A DNA stretch of 64,000 nucleotides from assembly GCF_963921235.1 (NCBI RefSeq), contig NC_086097.1, positions 21,826,001 to 21,890,000 of the forward strand, read 5' to 3'. Below the pieces are notes generated by a model. The model searched no databases, was not told the origin of the DNA, and was given only the letters and a program-made list of their open reading frames with translations. The stretch is from Mobula hypostoma. Its lineage: Eukaryota. Positions 62,680 through 64,000 of the stretch are shown here, one piece after another; within the stretch, counting starts at the first letter, position 1; the number at the start of each line of letters is the position of its first letter. The position numbers and the translations under genes were made by a program.

Positions 62680-63360
62680 AGATTAGATTAGATTAGATTA
62701 TGCGGACACTCAGCCCTGTTTTATTGTCATTTAGTAATGCATGCATTAAGAAATGATACAATTTGTTCCTCCAGAATGATATCACAGAAACACAAGACAA
62801 ACCAAGACTAAAAAAACTGACAAAAACCACATAATTATAAGATATAGTTACAACAGTGCAAGCAATACCATAATTTGATAGAAGAACAGACGATGGGCAT
62901 GGTAAAAAAAAATCTCAAAGTCTCTCGGAAGTCCCATCATCTCATGCAGACGGTTAAAGGAAGAAAACTCTTCCTGCCATGAGCTTCCAGTGCCGCAAAC
63001 TTGCCGATGCTGCATCCTGGAAGCACCCGACGACAGTCCGACTCCGAGTCGTCTGAGAACTTCGAGCCTCTGACCAGCTCTCCGACACCGAGCACCATCT
63101 CTGCCGAGTGCTTCGACCCCAGCCCTGGCAACAGGCAATAGGCAAAGCTGAGGATTTGGGGCCTTTCCCTCCGGAGATTCTCGATCTCACAGTAGCAGTG
63201 GCAGTGAAGCGGGCATTTCAGAAGTTTCTCCAGATGTTCCTCCATGCTTCTCACGGCTGTCTCCATCAAATCAGGATTGTTCACGGCATCCTACTTCACA
63301 AATATGATATCAATTTGGAGCGGCCGCGTGCGTTGCGTCGCGCCGCCATCTTCTCCTCCC
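62680..63360 (-). mobile_element. Non-coding retroposon family A, apparently full length, nested in a Rex1 3'UTR (about 62447-63470)
   Basis: (TCTAA)n tail, AATAAA, CpG-rich 5' end GGAGAAGATGGCGGCGCGACGC; host UTR resumes at about 63372. Confidence 0.8.
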
Positions 63361-64000
63361 TCCCTTTCAAGATACAGAGTTCTTGAAATTGAGTCCATTG
63401 GGAACGTTTCAATATTGGGCAAGTGAAGTTGAGTGAAGTTATCCCCCTTGGTTCAGGAGCCTGATGGAAAGGGAGGGACAATGTCGAACCCAGCAGACCT
63501 CACTCCCCAATGTTTGCCAAAGGGTTAACTTCTTTTATTTTAACAAACATCATCTTCGCGAGCCCCCAGCAATCTGCTCCAGAGATGCGTTGAAAGAATT
63601 AAAAATACATTATCCTTTTGTGTGATTGCTTCTTCATTTTAATATTAATTCAAATTCAATAATTTATGTGCCAGTGGCTCTGCTAAAATATCCCTTTTTA
63701 CAAAGATTGATGTTTCAATTTGCTCTGTGTGATACTGGTCTAACATCAACAAGTAGGAATGTCTGTGTGCTGAGCATGCAGTAATGTTTGGCATGATCAT
63801 GTGAAATGGAGCAGGGAATTTTTGGGTTGAATTGACACTTCTAGAATAAGATTTTCAGAGTCTCTGAAACACCGTGGCCTCTGAGCATTGTGTAGAGGAA
63901 TCATATTCAAATCAGGTTCAGATTTATCTATCACGTGTACACTGGAACATACAGTGAAACGTATTGTTTGCATTAACAACCAACACACCCAAGGATGCAC

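Overview
Vertebrate genomic DNA, almost entirely transposon-derived, with no intact host gene. The repeat complement (CR1 LINEs with esterase ORF1, Rex1/Babar, RTE, Penelope-like elements, V-, CORE- and Deu-type SINEs, Tc1 and hAT derivatives) suggests a cartilaginous fish (inference). Elements are nested up to three deep, and several have readable target-site duplications. Main observations: (1) four Penelope-like 3' ends on the + strand share an identical 33-nt core of a minimal type I hammerhead ribozyme (CUGACGA-stem II-GAAAC-GUC), and there are several decayed copies; (2) a 2-kb array of 26-bp units appears to be seeded from the Rex1 sequence it abuts and explains the three long overlapping minus-strand ORFs; (3) a non-coding retroposon family starts with a YY1-type motif; (4) there is a full-length but inactivated CR1; (5) long LINEs switch orientation around a unique island at 18.5-19.1 kb that holds weak exon candidates. 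Family names come from motif recognition only, with no database search. Boundaries of old elements are approximate.
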